DNA of 64,000 bases from Octopus sinensis (lineage: Eukaryota): positions 7,750,001 to 7,814,000 of the forward strand of contig NC_043011.1 in assembly GCF_006345805.1 (NCBI RefSeq), in the 5' to 3' direction. A program made the position numbers and the translations under genes. The notes below the pieces were generated by a model. It was not told the origin of the DNA, did not search any database, and saw nothing but the letters and a program-made list of their open reading frames with translations. Of this stretch, positions 42,155 through 54,842 are shown one piece after another; positions within the stretch are counted from its first letter, which is position 1; the number at the start of each line of letters is the position of its first letter.

Positions 42155-42160
42155 TACTAC

Positions 42161-42215
<55 letters not shown>

Positions 42216-42342
42216 GAGAGAGCAGTGCATGTCATCAAAGTGACACTGGGGTAATATATACGAAGCCCAGTATACCCATCATGACTACCCGTCTGATAAA
42301 GTTACACCAGGCACATGCATCACAATCAAATGTGCGCGACAT
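42216..42342 (-). mobile_element. Family D element, 5'-truncated copy
   Basis: Only the last ~130 bp of family D; (TTA)n flanks. Confidence 0.8.
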
Positions 42343-42413
<71 letters not shown>

Positions 42414-42421
42414 TTTATTAT

Positions 42422-43016
42422 TCAGTAGTTCTATTTTTATAGCGTGCTTTCAATTCACTACCGAGCGCAGCTCTGTGTACCTTGGCTATGTGCTGTGGTT
42501 TGTTGTGATGCTCTTATTTTCACTGTAATGAAAGTGTTTTACGTAAGATATGTGCGGTGCATAGCAGTGCTATTTTCTATATGTTATATATACTTCCAAA
42601 TCCTGGTGTTTTTGTTATGTATGTTTTATCATACCTAATGCACCTACTATGATCAGAATTGTTTCTGTTTTTAGGCCCTACATTCTAGTTACTTCTATTT
42701 CTAGGTCTTTGTATTTTGAAAGTTTCTCCATGTCTTTTAGAGAAACATTGACGTCTGTTGGTATTGATTCATCAATTAGGAAGCATTTTTGTCTTCGTGA
42801 TTTCTGACAACTATATCTGGCGTATTAGCCTTAATTTCTCTGTCTGTGTGTATTGGCATATCCCATAGTATTGTTGCTTTCTCGTTTTCTGTGACCTTTT
42901 CTGGCGTCTGCTTATACCATCTTTTTTCTTTGCTATTCCATAGTGCTAGCATAGCTTCCAGTGTATATAGGTCTCAATGTCGTGTCTGTGAATATATTCC
43001 TTCTTAGCCAGGACTG
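42422..43016 (-). mobile_element. Older 3' fragment of the same R4/Dong family
   Basis: Diverged match to 39442-40050 including the 3' UTR; flanked by (TTA)n. Confidence 0.85.
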
Positions 43017-43031
43017 ATTATTATTATTATT

Positions 43032-43547
43032 GAGTGAGAGAGCAGTGCATGCCATCAAAGTGACACTGGGGTAAAATATACGAAGCCCAGTATACCCATC
43101 ACGACTACCCGTCTGATATGTGCGTGACATGGTGATCTCATATCAAGATAAAGAGCACATGACCTTGCAGGTGGAGTCCAGTTAGAAATATCTTCTGGTT
43201 GAGTAACCCATCCCGCTCAAAAGGTTCCTCAACAAGGGTTGTTAAGGATGTTGAACGAAACACCCATGTTTCCAGAGGTGAATTATTCAAACCCCAAAGA
43301 ATCCCTTTCAACACATGACTATGATCCCCCCCATACTATTTCTGCTCTTGATCAGAGATGCACATATTGTCAGCCACTAAGGGTCAACTGGTTAAGGTCA
43401 AACAACTGACAAGCAAATCTGTGGTATTGAGCAGAATATTTGCTGTAGCCCATCTTTTTATAGCAAGACAAAACAATGTGCATGATAACACTTCCAATCA
43501 GTTAAGATCAGAAACCATGAGAGCCACTGTTTGGTATTGCATCAGAG

Positions 43548-43549
<2 letters not shown>
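43032..43549 (-). mobile_element. Family D element, copy 3
   Basis: Reverse-complement match to 57651-58197; (TTA)n flanks. Confidence 0.85.
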
Positions 43550-43597
<48 letters not shown>

Positions 43598-43651
43598 GTA
43601 TTAGTATTATTGTATTATTATTATTATTATATTATATTATTATTATTATTA

Positions 43652-43687
<36 letters not shown>

Positions 43688-44569
43688 TATTATTATTATT
43701 ATTATTATTTACTAGGTAATTGATTGTAGAGAATTAGTTAATTAACGATAGAAGTGGGTGTTTGGGTAGGCGTTAGGATTACATTGAAACAGGGACCACA
43801 TTTTTGGAGGATGGAGGAATTAAAATCGATTAAATCGACTCCATTACAACACTGGTATGTACTATTGTGACTAGCGACCATAGTGTGAATTTGGTTCATA
43901 GAAATATGAAAGAAGTCTGATAAGCTTTCTACAATGGGAACATACCGAACTTATCCCTTACAACAGCAACTGTTTTTATCTTTCATTCAAGAGAGGAATC
44001 AGGGGCTATGATCCTTGACAGAACCTGCCAGAGCGGTAGGGAGGGCGATATCCTTGAACCACAGACTTGGCCTGTATGCTTGTTGCAGAATTGACTTTAA
44101 TAAAAGTACCCCAGATATCAGGTAATGATGTTAAATCAGGTGCCCCTTTCAGTCTACCATTCAAGTATGACATGCAATGAATTTGAACAAATACCACAAG
44201 GCACCCGTCCTAACGTTCATTCAGTTCCGTCAATTTGTCGCCCTGGATTAGTTTTTTTTTTTATCGACCCCGAAAGGATAAAAGGAAAGCTTAACCATGA
44301 CGGGATTTGAACTCAGAGAGCGGTATGTCGGAACATTTACCGCGAAGATGTCTATCCGGCGCTCTATCGACTGAATCCATTCGCCAACATTGCAAATTAG
44401 ACATTCTCTATACGTATCGGGAAAATGTTATTGTCTTCATTGTAAGTAATTACTCACTCTCCGGAACAGACAGCTACAAGAATTCTTAAGTTGCTGCAAA
44501 TGGTAGGATATTCAAAATCACTGAATTCTTTCCTGGTAAAAACACTGCACCATAATCATTGGCACTAGT

Positions 44570-44900
44570 CTCCTGGTCCGTGGTTAGAGCGTCGAGCTTA
44601 CGATCGTGAGGTTGTGAGTTCGAATCCCGGACCGGACTGCGTGTTGTGTTCTTGAGCAAGACACTTTAATTCACGTTGCTGCAGTTCACTCAGCTGTAGA
44701 AATTAGTTGCGACGTCACAGGTGCCAAGCTGTGTCGGCCCTTTTGCCTTTCCCTGGGATAACACTGGTGGCGTGGAGAGGGGAGGCCGGTATGTATGGGC
44801 GACTGCTGGCCTTCCATGAACATCATTGCCCAAACTTTTGGCTGGGAGGGTAACTTTCTAGGGACAATCCCATGGTCAGTCATAACCAAAGGGGGTCTCA
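44570..44900 (+). mobile_element. tRNA-derived SINE family C
   Basis: GTGGTTAGAGCG A box, GTTCGAATCCC B box, core GTTCTTGAGCAAGACACTT..CACTCAGCTG. Related copies at ~46520-46800 (+), 51691-51990 (+) and 63165-63488 (-). Confidence 0.75.
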
Positions 44901-45134
44901 GCAGCCCCCTTTCCAGGTACCGAAAATACTCCCCCCAACACACAACTATTATTAGTAGTCCTTTACAAAACTTAGGGGTCACACACAATGAAATATTAAT
45001 TCTCACCTCTGAGACGATACAGTTGCCGCACGAAAATGTTCAAGATGCCATCTTAAGAAATGTCACTCTGATAATTTTATATTCAAGTACTAAAGGACTC
45101 ACTACAGCCTTTTAGCCACAGGAGTATTGTCTCA

Positions 45135-45164
<30 letters not shown>

Positions 45165-45165
<1 letters not shown>

Positions 45166-45380
45166 TACTCCTATAGTAGCATCTGTCTATCGGAGCTTCC
45201 CCGTCTCGTACCACCAATACTCAGGCACCTCCAGCCGACTCGTCTTCCTATCTCTCGTACAACTCACTCTGACTCGCACAAATTACTATGCTTATTCCTC
45301 TCACAGCATCTTCTCCCTGATCGTGTCTTTCCTTCGGCTGTTGACCTAAAACAGTCCAAACATAACCTTCATCCCTTTAC
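45165..45380 (+). mobile_element. Degenerate CR1/Jockey-group LINE C-terminal fragment
   Basis: Translation CLSELPRLVPP..TR..LLPDRVFPSAVDLKQ.K resembles the C-SELxxLVP / LPxxVFP..L..FK end of these RTs. Confidence 0.5.
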
Positions 45381-46048
45381 AGCAGAAGTCACATATCTCC
45401 ACTCAAAATTTCCTTACCCTTAACTGCAGAAAGCAGTTTTGTATCTCAATCTATCTTTTGTTAAAAAATAAAAATGTCCTGTTTGAAAATATTTTCTGCT
45501 GAGATTATGTTGAGCTTATTGAAGCAACGTGGTTTGCAGAAAATATCTAATCTATTTTTTGGTAGATATTTAGGATAGATACTGGAATAGCCATGAAACC
45601 TAATTTCGAAGTTAAAGAGTTAAAAACAAGCTCACTGATCTTGAATAACCAAAACGACGCCACGGCCAGTTATCTCTTCCACTCAACTCAGTAATTAAAA
45701 CAGAAGAAAAATGAGGCTTATTCGATTGAATAATTATAAAGTCAATCCCCAACACACTCCCAAAGACGTGCTGGGACCTCTGCTTTTTCTACTGCGGCTC
45801 CAATGACCTCTGTTTTTCAGAGTTTTCTCCTCTCGTGCCATCTCCACTCAAGCGTACCCAACTCCCACGTTTCTTTTTGTCTCGTCGCCTGCCTTTCATC
45901 CATCATCGCCCACCACATCCCCTACTAACAACAATGCTCAATCCTTTTTCATCAGAGCTTCGTCCCTGCGAAATTCGCTTCCTAGTCATGTTTACTCCTG
46001 CTGCTGCCATCTTTCAACAGCTAAAGTGCAATGCTAGCGGTATCGAAG

Positions 46049-46266
46049 GCGGCGAGCTGGCAGAAACGTTAGCGCGCCGGGCGAAATGCTTAGCAGTATT
46101 TCGTCTGCGTTACGTTCTGAGTTCAAATTCCGCCGAGGTCGACTTTGCCTTTCATCCTTTCGGGTCGATAAATTAAGTACCAGTTACGCACTGGGGTCGA
46201 TGTAATCGACTTAATACCTATGTCTGTCCCCTCTGTGTTTAGCCCCTTGTGGGTAATAAAGTAATA
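46049..46266 (+). mobile_element. tRNA-derived SINE family A (Nin/Deu-like core), full-length exemplar
   Basis: A-box-like TGGCAGAAACGTT, B box GAGTTCAAATTCC, core GCCTTTCATCCTTTCGGGGTCGATAAA..GTACCAG; 10-bp TSD GGTATCGAAG. Other copies at about 147-340, 4895-5035, 7360-7490, 14470-14695, 16236-16372, 24345-24505, 29268-29460, 36720-36885, 38170-38490, 53097-53260 and 57215-57632. Confidence 0.88.
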
Positions 46267-47382
46267 GGTATCGAAGAGTCTGCAAAAAACCCCATGGACT
46301 TTGTCCCTTCCCGAGGATCGAAATCAAAATAACGCTATGGAGTGTTTTATTTGATTATTTCTCGTTTCTGATGCACCGTCGCCCTTTTCTCATCACCTCC
46401 ATTTCTACAGCTAGTACTGCTGCTGCTGATAATGATGATGATGATGATGATGATAAGAGAGTAATGGTGGTGTTGGAAATGGTACTGGAAGCTGAGGTCA
46501 GCTCTAATCTTGTTTTGTGTGGGAACCAGAGCTTACGAATGTACAGTCATCGGTTCGATTCATGGACAGAGCGGTGCGATGTATCCTTGGGCGAGACACT
46601 TCATTTCACATTGCTCCAGTCCACTCAGCTGTAAACGGGTATATCCTAGGATGGAACATCCCGCCCCCACCTCACCGATCAGGGGGAATGTTGGCCTGCC
46701 CCCACCCTTAGCCAGCGGAGTGGTATCATTCGAAAGCGACAAACGATGCAAAGCGCATTGTGACTAGCGATGTATAACAACATCGGTATAGTCTGGTCAA
46801 TACCGCGATACCATGATATATAAATATATAGTCTTTGAGTCCATGAGATTGTGAAAGCTTTATCCATGTCGTAAGAAGTCTCAGAGTGTCGACTCCTTAT
46901 TCGTGCAGATTTTTTGTTAGAAAAAAGAAAAAAAAGGTGGGCCGTCGTGGAGAATAGATTTGTTGAAAATAATTGCCATTTGCATTCAATTAGAGCAAAA
47001 ACTGTTAATAATCAAGCAAATGATATTAATTACATTAGCAACAACGTCATTGTACAATTGAGACTGTTTATTTAAACAAATGAAGATTTCTGAGCAATTA
47101 AATATTATCTTAAACGTGTATACATCCTGGATGGGCGATTCACGCTTAAACAAAACCAATGAATAAAGAAAAAAAAGGGGCGAAAAAATATCAAGAAAAA
47201 AAACAAAACAAAATTAAATGAATGAATAAATTAATAAGTGAAGTTTTTTTACTCGGAGCCATGGATGTGGTCGTTCGACTTCAAGTTGGGGGGGGGGAGC
47301 GGCGACGTCGCTCAACGCAATCGGATAAACACAATGAGTGTTATTGATAAGACTGAAGATGAGAACAAGCTTGTTGTTGTTG

Positions 47383-47880
<498 letters not shown>

Positions 47881-48556
47881 TCCTGCGACATTGTACAGAG
47901 GGATTTCAGAAAAGTTGCTGAAGCATATCTCTGACGTGTGTGGAGGAAATCTCATTAGAGAATTCAATCTGGGGGCGATTAAAGATTCGTTTTAAGACGG
48001 CTTGTTATATGTATCCTATTATTTATTTAAAAATGTGGTCAGTCACTCATTTCTTGTGATTCAATCAACAAATAGCTGAGGGGTGTATACAATGTCTGGG
48101 TTAAGAGGGATCCGGGTTGAGGGGTGTAAAGGATGCGTGCAGATAGCTGGGAGTCATTGAAGGGACTTAGTTTGAGTCGGGTCTTTTAGCGGAGATAATT
48201 GTGTCGGAGAGACGGTTTCTGAATGTCGTCTTACTGGAGACGACCAGACATGGATGCGAGAGTTTAGATCCAGGCTTTCGCAGCATCAACGATTAGAAGT
48301 CATATTTACACACACACACACACACGCTTACACACAATCACGCAAATACGAGCCATCGAGAGAACATCTACGCAAATGGGTTTTGTTTTTTTATCTGCTA
48401 GAAGTAGCACCCAAATCCAAAATGACCTTGGACAAAACAACTACACTTTCACGCGCGCGTTGCAGTGTTTTTTCTTATGCCTTCGAAATAACAGCAAAAT
48501 CTTCCTCAAATTTAATTCTATCGTTTTAAATAAAGAAGTATTGAGAAATGTGCAGG

Positions 48557-48591
<35 letters not shown>

Positions 48592-48640
48592 ATATATATA
48601 CATATATATGTGTGTGTGTGTAGTGTGTGTGTGTGTGTGT

Positions 48641-48842
48641 GTGACCTCGTGTGTACCGTTGGCGATTTTTTTTCCGCTGTCTTCCCTTCTCTGGATCTTT
48701 CCTTCTATGTTTCCGACGAAGAGCTCCGATCGAAACGTTAAACCCTCCTTCTTTCCTTCTTTCCTGAGCGTCCAATAATACTTTATTTGTTCCACGTCCT
48801 CGCGTTGCTGTGTTTTTTTTTTTTTTGTTTTCTTGTTTGGAT

Positions 48843-48848
<6 letters not shown>
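48641..48848 (+). mobile_element. Family E element, second copy
   Basis: Direct match to 25548-25742. Confidence 0.75.
48709..48743 (+). ncRNA. Minimal Penelope-type hammerhead-like motif (U4C)
   Basis: GUUU-CCGACGA-a-GAGC-ucc-GAUC-GAAAC-GUU|AAAC; sister copy at 25610-25644. Confidence 0.5.
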
Positions 48849-48881
<33 letters not shown>

Positions 48882-49319
48882 ATAAAAGACGTGGTGAGCT
48901 CATCTGGAAGTCTCTGATCACATCTGGAAGTTTGTTTTCATGAAAGGTCACCATCGGCAAAAACAACCACCATATACACACATGCTCATACATGCGCACT
49001 CATACATACACACATACACGCAAACACAGTCACCTCATGTATACATAAACGCATACATACATGCAATCACACACGGACACGAGCAAATGAGGGAACGTCT
49101 ACGTAGTTGGTGTCTATATCAGCTAGAAGTAGAAACCAAATCTCCTTCAACTCTCATCCTGCCGCCTTTAATAAGGGATGAGGCATTGAACAATGTAATG
49201 CTGGATATATAAAAACTGGTTATTCCAAAGATGGTATGGTCACATCTGAAAGCCACTGATTACGGCTGCAAGTTTACTTGACGGAAGATGACATTAGGCA
49301 AAAAACTACACACACACGT

Positions 49320-49360
<41 letters not shown>

Positions 49361-50303
49361 ACACACACACACACATATATATATACACACACAGGCACAC
49401 ACACACAATAGAAGACTACCAATATTTTGTGTTTGCTTGGCACAATCTACATTGGGAAGGATTTAACATAACAGCGCTCTTGAAGAAAACGCTTATCGTT
49501 TATACAATGCTCTTGCGAAGAACAAATGCCATCGGGTGTAATTCTTCATGGCACTAATTTGCTTCACGGTAAACCAAAACACCGGAAGTTAAATGACTTT
49601 GTGGCAGAACACGGCGCAGTGTCACGATACGACACATGGCTGTTCAGTGTACAAGGCTTACATCTTAACCAATTCGCTATTTTTCTCGTTTGGTATCCCC
49701 GTTTCGAAACCATTTACGGGGCGTCAGCACTTCTGCTCGAAATGCTAAAATAAGTGGCCAGAAATTCCTCAAATCACACTTTTCGTCTTCAGGAAAATGA
49801 ATGAAGCGTTTGATAATAATTTGGACACACAAAATGACTAGATGATTACGGTTGCAGCATATTTGAATATAAAGTAAGGGCCTCCATTGTTCAAGGTTAA
49901 TTGTGTATCCGCTCATGTAGGGACAAGTTTGAGCAAGATTTCTGTTCAAGAAGACTGAAATTTGTCCATGCATGCAAGTCTCATCTCCTCATTGAACACC
50001 ATCAATGTTTATCCAAGGAAAAGGCCGCCAAACTGAACCGGTATATCTTGGTACCAATGTTGCAGACGTTAGTGTTAGAACAACAAAGAACCAGAATAAA
50101 AACCACTAGGCATCCTTCATGACTCCCTACCAGTTCCTCCAATCCACCACCTTGGAATTGCCTTTTTCTTTAATGATTCTGAAAAAAATGAAAGACAAAG
50201 TTGACCTCCCTGGGATTTGAACTCAAATCGCAGATGGTCGGAACAAACACCGCAAGGTATTATATCCAGTGCTGTAATGGCTGTACCAACTCGTCACTTG
50301 TAG

Positions 50304-50346
<43 letters not shown>

Positions 50347-50350
50347 ATAT

Positions 50351-50399
<49 letters not shown>

Positions 50400-50412
50400 A
50401 TGTATATATATG

Positions 50413-50464
<52 letters not shown>

Positions 50465-50714
50465 GTATATATATGTATATATATATATATATATTATATA
50501 TATATATATTTATGTTATATATGTATATATGTATATATATATAATATATATATATAGGGAGATATATGTATATATATATGTATGTATATATATATATGTA
50601 TTATATATATAATATATATATATATATATATGTATGTATATGTATATATATGTATTATATATATAATATAAATACATATATATATATGTAAATATATAAT
50701 ATAAATACATACAT

Positions 50715-50749
<35 letters not shown>

Positions 50750-50836
50750 ATATAAATAATATATAAATATTATATAAATATATGCATATATACATACATA
50801 TATGTACATACCTACAAATATATGTATATATACATG
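50304..50836. repeat. Long degenerate (TA)n microsatellite
   Basis: Direct reading; a similar tract at 51396-51690, many shorter ones elsewhere. Confidence 0.97.
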
Positions 50837-51395
50837 CATATATGGGTACAGGACATCAAAAATCGTGGACACCATGAGAAACGAAAACATAAAAAGCAAA
50901 AACGAATTTTTTTCGAACAACGAAAAAACAGAGAAATGAGACATGCAACATAATGTACATTCCCTTCATCAGTTGTCCCCTGTTTTATCTACTCCGCGTT
51001 CCGAAGGGAAGGACAATACTCGACCTCGTTAAAACACTCCTTTCCGTAAAGCAAATTAAATAAAATTTGGGATTTTTGCGGAGGTAACAAGAACAGGACA
51101 GTGAGATCAAACGGTGAGGACCGTTGAGCCAAGACAATGTGAAGTTATGAACGCTGGGAAAACGAGCTTTGAGAAGAGACAGATAAAAGCCCGTCTTGTC
51201 TTTAGGGGGGAAGTGGAAGAAAGAAAGATAGATGCTCTTTCGTCACGTGTGAGCAGCGAGAGAGTCAAGAAGGAAGAGTGAGAGAGGGGGAGAGAGAGAG
51301 GGAACGGTGAAGGGGAAAGGAGAAGAATAGGGAAAGGGTGGGAGAGAAAAACAGATAGGAAGAAGAACAAGAGAGGGAGATAGATAGACAGAGAA
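50837..51395 (-). mobile_element. (TA)n-embedded element (family F) carrying a permuted hammerhead-like motif
   Basis: Shares GGAGTAGA..GACAACTGATGAAGGG and the 3' end GTCCTGTACCCATATATG with 35821-35978 (+). Confidence 0.7.
50960..51022 (-). ncRNA. Candidate non-circularly permuted hammerhead ribozyme
   Basis: CGAGUA|UUGUCC-UUCCCUUC-GGAACGCG-linker-GGACAA-CUGAUGA-AGGGAA; all three stems can form. Confidence 0.55.
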
Positions 51396-51432
51396 GATAT
51401 ATATATACATATATATATATATATTATATATA

Positions 51433-51478
<46 letters not shown>

Positions 51479-51580
51479 GTATGTATGTATATGTATATAT
51501 ATATGTGTATATATATATAATATATATATATATACACATATATATATACATATACATGTATATATATATATATGTATATA

Positions 51581-51632
<52 letters not shown>

Positions 51633-53514
51633 TATATACATATACATACATACATATATATATACACACATATATATATATATAATATAAAGGCGCGTGG
51701 TTTAGAGGATAGGGCATTCGGCTCACTATCATAAGGTCGTGAGTTCAATTCTCGGCGACGTGCGTTATGTCCTTGAGCAAGACACTTTATTTCACTTTAT
51801 TGCACCAGTCCACTCAGCTAGCAAAAATAAGTAGAACCTGTATTTCAAAGAGCCAGCCTTGTCACCCTGAATTTCCCTGAGAACTACGTTAAGGGTATGC
51901 ATGTCTGTGGAGTGCTCAGCCACTTGCACGTTAATTTCACGAGCAAGCTGTTCCATTGATAGTATCAACTGGGACCCTCGTCATCGTGCTCCTCCTTTAT
52001 ATATACAAATATATACAAATAATGGGGTGGATTTGATTGACTAAAGTCTTCAAGCAGTGCCCCAGCATGACCACAATCCACTAACTGAAGCAAATAAAAG
52101 AACCCACATATAACAGCATTCAAACTAAAAGTTAACGTAAAGACAAATACGAATAAGTATTAAGATTTGGAGTTTTGAAGAAATTTCTGCGAAACCGGAG
52201 AAAGATATCGAACATACTTCATAAGAAATGAAAGGCAAGGTGCCTTGGCAGAAGTCTGCCTTGCATGTGGCCACAACTGGACAACAAAATTTCTGAGCGG
52301 GTTCCTGGAATGCGTCAAGACTGGAAATATGTAGCGGGCAGGGCATAAACGAAAACAAAGAGCGGAATTTGGGGCTTCAAAGCAAGTACCAGATGCTTCA
52401 CAAGTTTTATGTTTTAGTGTTACCTCAGAAGAGACCGAAGATTGCACAATAACCTGCCTGGTGAATAGGTCTTAAAATAATGAAAACAGTGTGATGTTGC
52501 ATGATTTTAATGGACTTTTGTTTGAAATTTTTAATATTCATTTATCATGTAATTTCTTATTTAAGTCCATATTAAATTTATACGTCAGTTTTATGTGCAT
52601 AAATAAAGTTTAAAGATTAATCTTTCTACACCACATTTATCACATTTGTTGTTCTTGTTTCATATTTATAACCTTAGATTATATTGAATGGTATTAATTA
52701 GTCATAAAAATTCTGAATTAATATATTGATAAACAATAATATGATGAGTGTGATTTCGACCAGTGAAGACGACTAAGTTTGAGGGATACAATTAGGGTGA
52801 TATATACTTAGATATGTGCTTACATGTGCACACTTGATAATTGTAGGAGCTGTTGTAGGAGCGGATGGTTAAGTTTGCTTTACAGCTACGAGATCACGAT
52901 TTCGATCCCACTGCGTTGCTTCTTGGGTTATTTTCTACATTATTTTCTATTTTCTATAATCTATTTTCAATAATCACAGAGCGATCCTTGATCGTGAATA
53001 AATTTGAATAGACGGAAATTGTATTGAATCTTGACAGGTGGATTGTACTTGTAATTCAAAAGATATAACCTTGTTGTACACAGTATGTCACATTTCAGGC
53101 AGTGAGCTAGCAGAATCGTTTGTACACCGAACAAAATACTTAGCGACTTTGTCTTTCATCCTTTCAGGATCAATAAAATAAGTACCAGTTGAGCACTGGG
53201 GGTCGATATAATCGACTTACTTCTCTTGAATTGTTGGCCTTGTGCTTATAGTAGAATTATTATTAATATTGTTACAGTAATTGATCGGAAGGGAGAATTG
53301 GCAGAATAGTTAGTGTGGGGTTTAGTTACCACTTTTTATATTCTGAGTTCAAACCACGGCAAGGGCAATTTCACTCTTTATCTTTGGAAGAGCAATAAAA
53401 TACCAGTCAAATACTGGGGGAATTCAATCGACGAACATCTCACAAATTTCTACCCTGAGGTTTATATAAGAAATATTTTTTGCTCCAAGGAGTTGTTATT
53501 GTTTTTCCTTTTAA

Positions 53515-53826
53515 CAATTTAAAACATCATGTACTTCAAGGAATTTAATATATGCTATCAAATGCCAAGGATGTAATGAAGATTACATAGGTCAAACAAA
53601 GCTTACTCTAAAAAGTAGACTGACCATTCACCGACAACAAATACGAGACCCCAGTACTAGACAGATTTCACTGAGTGGACACATAGACATATGTGCAAAA
53701 AATAAGTCTCGCAAATTCCGGATCTTCCCATTCTACCTATGTTCAGCGAATGCCACAGATGGAGCACGGTTAAACAAAGAAAATACTTTCATACAAAAGT
53801 ACAAACCCAGGCTTAACAAATTTTAA
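53515..53826 (+). pseudogene. GIY-YIG endonuclease domain of a Penelope-like element (5'-truncated, no ATG)
   Basis: Manual translation: SCTSRNLIYAIKCQGCNEDYIGQTKLTLKSRLTIHRQQI..LSGHIDIC..RLNKENTFIQKYKPRLN*. It shows LIY/YIG, CxxC and the conserved R, H, E and N. Confidence 0.9.
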
Positions 53827-54490
53827 CAGAGTACGTACACAAATAACTATTCACACGCAAAATTCATTCTGCCACGTATCATGAGGAAGCTACACAGATA
53901 ACAACCTAAACTTTAGCCACTTGACTACATACAAACAACTTCTGTCCACTCTCCCACCAGACAGATTACATTTGGCGTGCCTTGATTATAACTATGTTCA
54001 CTTAACCGTGTCGGCCTTCTTTTTAGGCACAAAATATACTGTCACGTGACATTAACGCACGAACGTTGCGGGAGACATACAAAATGTTTATTCTCTACAA
54101 ACACTTGACAGAAAACATTCAGAGCATTGATTGTTTGGAGATGCTCAGTGAACCGTGTCAGCTTTAACTTACGATGTCAAACATTGTCACTTGATACTAA
54201 CACACAGACGTAGTGGGGAACCTACAAAAATTTTTAAGACCAGTCATGTGACTATCCTCTCCCAATCAAATCCTATTCAAACATATACTAATTTGAGCCA
54301 TGAACTCCCTATGAAAATAAGGCAAGTTTCAAACTCTAGTCAAAAGCAAGACATAAGCCACGTCTTTCTATTTAACCCTTTTGAAAATCAGTGTAAACTG
54401 TGAAACCGGTTAAAGCTTTTAATATATTAATAAAAATATTTTTTAACTATTCTCAGTGCATTTTCAACTTCTATTTTTCCTATATATAGA
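53515..54490 (+). mobile_element. Penelope-like retroelement, 3' part (EN + 3' terminal region)
   Basis: GIY-YIG ORF followed ~550 bp later by a hammerhead-like motif, AATAAA, a T-rich end and TATATATA. Confidence 0.75.
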
Positions 54491-54690
54491 TGTTAGTTAT
54501 GGTATATTGTGTTAAGAACGTAGTAGAGTACAGTGTAAAGCTCGTCCACCTTCAGATTTCATCCTGTGCTCTTCAGTAGTAATAGTATTATACCTTCTTC
54601 CAGGTTTGCCTTTGGGCATTTGTCGTGTGTGAATAGAGAATTGAAAAAATTGGAGTCAGCAAGAGGGGTACGGTTGGAAATTTAATTTTT

Positions 54691-54798
54691 AATCACTACA
54701 ATTGTTTCTACGGAACGTAGTTCTCCAGATGTGAAGGTACTCGATTATGCAACTGTTTCCCTGCATTATGAGATCTAGTTGTGTTTCCTCGGGTGATT
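54691..54798 (-). ncRNA. Type I hammerhead-like motif with extended stem II
   Basis: AAUCAC-CCGAGGA-[~77 nt hairpin]-GAAAC-AAUU-GUA|GUGAUU; perfect 6-bp stem I and a palindromic loop III. Confidence 0.6.
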
Positions 54799-54811
54799 TT
54801 TTCAATTATAT

Positions 54812-54842
<31 letters not shown>

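Noticed and set aside
44570-44640. tRNA-like A/B boxes
   Set aside because: No acceptor stem; the sequence continues into a SINE core, so it is a SINE head rather than a tRNA gene.
52160-52470. Coding-like stretch with CxxCGHxW
   Set aside because: All plus-strand frames are interrupted and no family is recognisable.
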